A DNA stretch of 64,000 nucleotides from an uncultured Campylobacter sp. (lineage in GTDB: Bacteria; Campylobacterota; Campylobacteria; Campylobacterales; Campylobacteraceae). Location: positions 38,516 through 102,515 of the forward strand of contig NZ_CALJPG010000022.1 in the NCBI RefSeq assembly GCF_937980635.1, given 5' to 3'. Of this stretch, positions 59,322-64,000 are shown piece by piece (position 1 is the stretch's first letter; every line of letters starts with the position of its first letter). The notes below the pieces were generated by a model. That model worked only from the letters and a program-made list of their open reading frames with translations, was not told the origin of the DNA and did no database searches. Position numbers and translations under genes: made by a program.

Positions 59322-61355
59322 CTATGTAAAATTAGGGATATTTTTTTCTTTATTAATTATATTAATAAAGTCCGCATAAGATCTATAAGCCCTTTCTATA
59401 AGCATATTATATTTTAAAACCTCTATATTATAACTTTTAAACACATCCATGTCGTCTTTTCTGAATTCAATGGTATTAGCACCATTAACACCAGCGTCTT
59501 CTGAAATAATAAAGTATACTTTTATATCTCTGGGGTCTATCATTTTTAAGCTGCTATCGCTTTGCATTACAGCATCTTTATATTTTCGTATTTGATCTAT
59601 CATTACTCCAGTAGTAACATTGGCGTGTCCTGTTGGTGTATTCTTTTTTAGTTCTACTATTATAGGATATGGTTCTTCTGCGACCTTTATTAATAGATCA
59701 ATATAGTTTTTCTTAAGTTTATTGTTCTTATCAATAGCCTTTAAATATCTATTTTTAGTAATTTCAAAGCTTGTACTGGCATTTAAGTCCTGATTCCAGT
59801 GCGGGTTTATAAGCCAAGGATGTTTATGCAAATGGTTATTAAAGAAACTTTCTAATGTATTGTTTTCTTCCATCATTCTTTTTAATTCATTAATAGCAGC
59901 GATTCTCTCTTTAACTAGTTCAAAAATATTTATTTCTTCGGAGCGCCCTATTTTAGACATAAGCTTATTTATAAGTTTGACATAATTTTTATCAATCATA
60001 TCTATTGAGGATAGGCTTTTTTGTATTTCTGAAAATTCTATATTATCCACAGTTCTAACTATAGAAGACACGATATTTTGGATTTCATTCTTCTGTATAC
60101 CCTCGCTTTGATCTGCAAAAGACTTATTAATAAGCAACGCAAGCATTTTTTCATTCATCTCTCTTTTATCGTCACTTAACCCATCAAGCCATTTTTTATA
60201 GCTTTCGTTTTCTCTTATAAAATCTGGTAATTTTAAAACGGCTTCTTTTTGTCTGAAATTCGTCCAAAGTTCAGCAAATTTATTTCTTATTTTTCCTAGT
60301 ATCTCTATAAATTCTTCAACATATTCATTTGACTGATCTAGTCCATCCCTGCTTGATGTTATCGGAACCTGCAAAATATCTAACAAAAAATCCGCATGAA
60401 CTTCACCAACCAAGTATTGATTTGCCATTCTTGCACTACCGCTATTTTTAAAAATATTTTCATCGGCTATTTTCTTGTTTATATATACGACAGTTGAATT
60501 GAAATTATAGTCTTTTGTTTGAAGTTGTCCGGGAGTTAGAACACTGCCAAACCAGCCTTTTAGTCCTTTGTTCTTCTCAAAATAGTCTTTTAAATCTTTG
60601 CTATTCGTATCATATTTTACTTTTTTGGTTTTATCTATATTTGGGAACATATCGTTGATTTCTTCTTCGTTATATCCAAAATAAACAAGGAATTCTATAT
60701 TTTTATAGTATTCGTGTGTTAGTAAGTCAACTTCCTCTCCATTTAAAAACACTTGAAATTTATCAATATGCGAAGCTATATAAAATCTTCTGGATAGCTG
60801 TATACTTAAATTTTCATACGCATTTCTACTATTTCTTATAAGATCATCAATCTTAACTATAAAACCTGATTTGTATTTTGCGTAATCCCTAAGCTCGCAG
60901 GGCAAATCATCAACAAAATCATAATCTACCGAGTGGGTTATTTCATCTTTTATAAAATCATCATATACTAATTCAAAAGTAAGCCATTGTTTTGAGGATA
61001 ACGTTTTTGTGTATACTTTATATTTTCCACCTAGACTAAATGCAGCGAGTTTTCCTATTCCTTTTTGCCCCATTGGAGCTCTTTCGCTTAGATTATTAAA
61101 CGATTCTTCTATTTGTTTTTCTATACCTATAATCGCATATTTATGTTCTATCTCATCTAAAGACATCCCTTTTCCATTATCAATAATATATATTTCTCTA
61201 TTGCTTAGTTTGATATCAACTCTCGTTGCATATGCATCATATGAATTTGCAACTAACTCGGCTAGAGCTGGTGGATTACTGCTATACAAGTTTCTTCCTA
61301 AATGGGTAGCTACTCGCCCAGCAATAGAAAATTTAATTTGATTGTTACTAGCCAT
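59322..61355 (-). CDS. GHKL (HATPase_c_3/MORC-like) ATPase fused to a Shedu/DUF4263-like PD-(D/E)xK nuclease
   Basis: Bergerat motifs ELVANSYDA (aa 33-41), DNGKGM (59-64), GQKGIGKLA (96-104). C-terminus HKHPWLINPHW, then ID553LL...IVE568LK570 and Q588IRKY (D...ExK...QxxxY). Confidence 0.85.
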   Translation of the reverse strand: MASNNQIKFSIAGRVATHLGRNLYSSNPPALAELVANSYDAYATRVDIKLSNREIYIIDNGKGMSLDEIEHKYAIIGIEKQIEESFNNLSERAPMGQKGIGKLAAFSLGGKYKVYTKTLSSKQWLTFELVYDDFIKDEITHSVDYDFVDDLPCELRDYAKYKSGFIVKIDDLIRNSRNAYENLSIQLSRRFYIASHIDKFQVFLNGEEVDLLTHEYYKNIEFLVYFGYNEEEINDMFPNIDKTKKVKYDTNSKDLKDYFEKNKGLKGWFGSVLTPGQLQTKDYNFNSTVVYINKKIADENIFKNSGSARMANQYLVGEVHADFLLDILQVPITSSRDGLDQSNEYVEEFIEILGKIRNKFAELWTNFRQKEAVLKLPDFIRENESYKKWLDGLSDDKREMNEKMLALLINKSFADQSEGIQKNEIQNIVSSIVRTVDNIEFSEIQKSLSSIDMIDKNYVKLINKLMSKIGRSEEINIFELVKERIAAINELKRMMEENNTLESFFNNHLHKHPWLINPHWNQDLNASTSFEITKNRYLKAIDKNNKLKKNYIDLLIKVAEEPYPIIVELKKNTPTGHANVTTGVMIDQIRKYKDAVMQSDSSLKMIDPRDIKVYFIISEDAGVNGANTIEFRKDDMDVFKSYNIEVLKYNMLIERAYRSYADFINIINKEKNIPNFT

Positions 61356-62388
61356 TTATATATCCTTCTAAATGTTTTAAGATGCTTTTACCTATATGCT
61401 CTCCTAGCTTAGGCGGAACGGCATTGCCTATTTGTTTGGCAATTTTGCGCATGCATATTTTTTCATTTTTGTCTATAAATTTATATCCCATTGGAAACGA
61501 CTGCAATAAGGCTCCTTCTCGTAAAGATATTGCCCTATCTTGCTCTGGATGTCCAAATCTACCTGTACCATAATTAATAAACTGCGTTGTAAGGGTGGGA
61601 GCAACATCATCCCAGCTCATTCTACCATATACCGACTTATAACTTTGCCCAGTTGCTTTTTTGTAACAATTAGGTAGAATTGCCTCGTCCCAGTCATGCC
61701 ATGATCCACCAGGTTTGGATTGTTTGATTCTTTGAATATTTATATCTGTTAGCGTAGGGCTTATATGTAGCCTATCTTTTTTATTATCAACTGCTCCGGC
61801 AACTATCTTATCAATTTTATATATCATATCCCTAACGGTTACTTTTTTAAATTTGGACTCTAAGAAATCAATATTCCCGAATTTAGATGCCAGAAGTAAA
61901 AGCCTCTTTCTTCTTTGTGCTACGCCATAATCGCTAGCATCATGAATCTTAAAATTTACGCTATAGCCTTGCGCTTTTAAATCGTCTACAAAATCAGCAA
62001 AAACCTTTTCTTTTTTAAGCTCTGGAACATTTTCCATTGAAACTATTTGAGGTGAAGTTTCTTTAATAAGTCTTAAAAAATCATACAATAATCCCCAGTC
62101 TTTATGTAACGATCGATCTTTTTTATTTTTCTGGTGCGCTGAAAAAGGCTGGCAAGGAGCACAACCGACTAAAATTTTGATATTTGCGTCACCAAATAAA
62201 TTATTGACTTCTTCGCCACCCACTTCACAAATGCTTCTGTGCAAAAATTTTCCATGATTATTTTGTTCATAGGCAAATTTGCAGCTTTCGTCAAAATCAA
62301 TTCCAGCTACAACTTCAATGCCGGCCTGGCTGAGCCCATAGGTTAATCCACCTATACCACAAAATAGATCTACTGCAGATATTTTCAT
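61348..62388 (-). CDS. dcm: DNA (cytosine-5)-methyltransferase
   Basis: Motif I DLFCGIGG, IV GCAPCQPFS, VI ENVPEL, VIII QRRKRLLL, IX RAISLREGALLQSFP, X GNAVPP. Confidence 0.93.
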   Translation of the reverse strand: MKISAVDLFCGIGGLTYGLSQAGIEVVAGIDFDESCKFAYEQNNHGKFLHRSICEVGGEEVNNLFGDANIKILVGCAPCQPFSAHQKNKKDRSLHKDWGLLYDFLRLIKETSPQIVSMENVPELKKEKVFADFVDDLKAQGYSVNFKIHDASDYGVAQRRKRLLLLASKFGNIDFLESKFKKVTVRDMIYKIDKIVAGAVDNKKDRLHISPTLTDINIQRIKQSKPGGSWHDWDEAILPNCYKKATGQSYKSVYGRMSWDDVAPTLTTQFINYGTGRFGHPEQDRAISLREGALLQSFPMGYKFIDKNEKICMRKIAKQIGNAVPPKLGEHIGKSILKHLEGYING

Positions 62389-62413
62389 TTTTACCCACCG
62401 GTTTAAATGTTTA

Positions 62414-62419
62414 ATTATA
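62414..62419 (-). promoter_or_regulatory. candidate -10 box (TATAAT on the minus strand) for the methyltransferase operon
   Basis: TATAAT lies 24 nt upstream of the ATG in an AT-rich leader. No experimental support. Confidence 0.3.
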
Positions 62420-62759
62420 ACTTGAAATAGCTTTTAAAATAATTATTTAAACATAATGTATCTAAAATCATCCAGACAACACGCCTTACGAATTTGCTCC
62501 TCCATGCCATTTAGGGAGCAATCTTTAGATTTCGTTTTATAGCGCCCAAGGAGGAGAGAGGACCCCTTGAGCGCGGTAATTGTATGGAGGCGCGTCCTAA
62601 AAAATATAAACTCGCCGCCGCAGATATTGCAAGTCTAGCCGAACCCTCGCAAGCTCGCGGGGTTCACTCATCAACTCTCGGATTTAATTAGCCAATCCTC
62701 AGATGATGGCTGCGAGCGAGCCGCGGTTTACGAAGTCATAAACTCGCCGCGGCGGGCTA

Positions 62760-64000
62760 CTATTGTGAAAACTTCCCGATCTGCGGGCGGGAGATTAGCG
62801 CGGGATCGAATTTCTTAGGCGCGAATTTGCGCTGCTTTTTCTCGTCACGTAGCCGCTTGAGGCTCTGCACGTCAAACTCGAAGCCCTCCGCGTCCGCCAC
62901 CTCTTTGAAAATTTCAAGCTTCCGATCGATCTGCTTCTGCTTTTCGGCTTTTTCCGAAGCGCTCATCTTTTCGAGTTTTTCATTGTGCTTGATCGCCTTT
63001 TCGACCTTGTCGGCGTCTTTGCTATCGGGCACTTTGACGTATTCGAGCTCCTCGCGCTGCTTGCGTAGCTTGCCGAGTTCGGCGTTGAGCTCCTTTTGCT
63101 GATTGAAGCGGCGCGCGCCCACGCCTCGCTTCAGGATGCCCGCGTATCCCAGCTCGTCCTTGTTGTAGTCTTTCGGCGCGAAATCTTTATCCCCCGTGAT
63201 GTCGCTAAGAGCCTGCTCGCCGAGCTGCTGCCCGTATCTGCCGATCGTAAGCGTAGGTAGATAGTTTTTCGCAGCTTCTTTGACGCTCTTGGCGACTTTC
63301 ACGGCCTTTGGATCGTCCTCGGATGTGATGTTGTAGCCCAGCGTCGATTTGCCGTTTGCGATATTGACTAGACCGCCCACGAAGCCCCAGCCGCCCTCAA
63401 AAACGTCGTCGAAACGGAAGCCGGGCGCGGCTCGTCCTGCGTTGAAATATGTATCGCTATCCCCTATCCTCGCCCACGCTTTGAGTCCGAAAACGTTAGG
63501 GAATTTCGAGCTTTGCGCCCATTTTGGCTTGGTTAGATTTTCCTTTTCGGTATCTGCGATAATCGAGCTTAGCGATAGCCCCGCGGCGTCCGCGGCGATA
63601 AAGGCCGCCTGCATCATCGCGAAACGATGCGGATTTTTGAGTATCGCCTTGATCACCATCGGCGTCGATTTGACGGAGTAGTGCAAAAACGGCATCAATC
63701 CCCACTTATCGCTCTTACGCAAGAAGCCGTTGAAATGGGTGCTGTAATCGACATAGTGATACTGCGCGTCGCTCATCGCCGCAGCAAGCTCCTTTTCGCT
63801 AAATTTGCTTAGATCTCCCGCAGCGTATCCTCGCTTTGCGGCGATCGCGTCAAGATTTTTCTTAAATCGCGCGATCTTGAAAATTTCATCCTCCCAAGCG
63901 TAAGCCTTTCTGGCCGCTCTGCCCACCGCCGAGCCCTCGCTCATGTAGATATTTTTGCCCGCGGTGCTTAGAAAATCCATAGCCTTGCCGACGATGCCGA
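62760..64000 (-). CDS. phage-associated large protein, C-terminal part (5' end outside the window)
   Basis: The frame stays open to the window edge. Gly/Ala-rich globular part followed by a Lys/Glu coiled-coil tail. Function unassigned. Confidence 0.6.
   Translation of the reverse strand, partial: GIVGKAMDFLSTAGKNIYMSEGSAVGRAARKAYAWEDEIFKIARFKKNLDAIAAKRGYAAGDLSKFSEKELAAAMSDAQYHYVDYSTHFNGFLRKSDKWGLMPFLHYSVKSTPMVIKAILKNPHRFAMMQAAFIAADAAGLSLSSIIADTEKENLTKPKWAQSSKFPNVFGLKAWARIGDSDTYFNAGRAAPGFRFDDVFEGGWGFVGGLVNIANGKSTLGYNITSEDDPKAVKVAKSVKEAAKNYLPTLTIGRYGQQLGEQALSDITGDKDFAPKDYNKDELGYAGILKRGVGARRFNQQKELNAELGKLRKQREELEYVKVPDSKDADKVEKAIKHNEKLEKMSASEKAEKQKQIDRKLEIFKEVADAEGFEFDVQSLKRLRDEKKQRKFAPKKFDPALISRPQIGKFSQ

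Larger units (their letters stand above)
56200..64000. mobile_element. prophage or prophage remnant (extends beyond the window end)
   Basis: Terminase large subunit, partial large phage-type protein, tRNA-3'-end-like fragment at the left edge, and an embedded AT-rich moron cassette. Confidence 0.55.

Overview
The window looks like chromosomal DNA from a high-GC Campylobacter, probably the oral C. rectus/showae-like group. This is an inference from protein motifs and from the gene order argS-tatA-gmk-acidic protein-ABC ATPase-tsf-rpsB, which mirrors C. jejuni Cj1175c-Cj1182c. No database search was possible, so all family calls rest on motif recognition by eye.

Most of the window is housekeeping backbone: ridA, rsmD-like, argD, mgtE, glcD, ruvX, dprA, ilvC, proC, argS, tatA, gmk, tsf, rpsB, pgeF, ribE, mnmG and bioB. 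Long intergenic spacers packed with short AAATTT/GAATTC-cored words separate these genes.

Four segments differ in composition or content:
1. 39.9-41.65 kb: an AT-rich islet between rpsB and pgeF, with an XRE regulator divergent from two orphan genes.
2. 46.2-52.5 kb: a lower-GC island encoding a two-component system, a porin, a Tat-exported flavoprotein reductase and a five-haem membrane cytochrome.
3. About 56.2 kb to the window end: prophage-like DNA (terminase large subunit, part of a large phage protein).
4. 59.3-62.4 kb, embedded in that prophage DNA: a very AT-rich two-gene cassette. A C5-cytosine methyltransferase is translationally coupled to a fusion of a GHKL (Bergerat-fold) ATPase with a Shedu/DUF4263-like PD-(D/E)xK nuclease.

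The cassette in segment 4 is my best candidate for an undescribed defence or restriction system.

A second notable pattern is that several essential enzymes (RsmD-like, ProC, ArgS, RibE, an alpha/beta hydrolase and a MidA-like protein) carry in-frame low-complexity inserts. Their DNA is built from the same RAATTY-cored words that fill the intergenic spacers. I found no rRNA, complete tRNA or CRISPR array.
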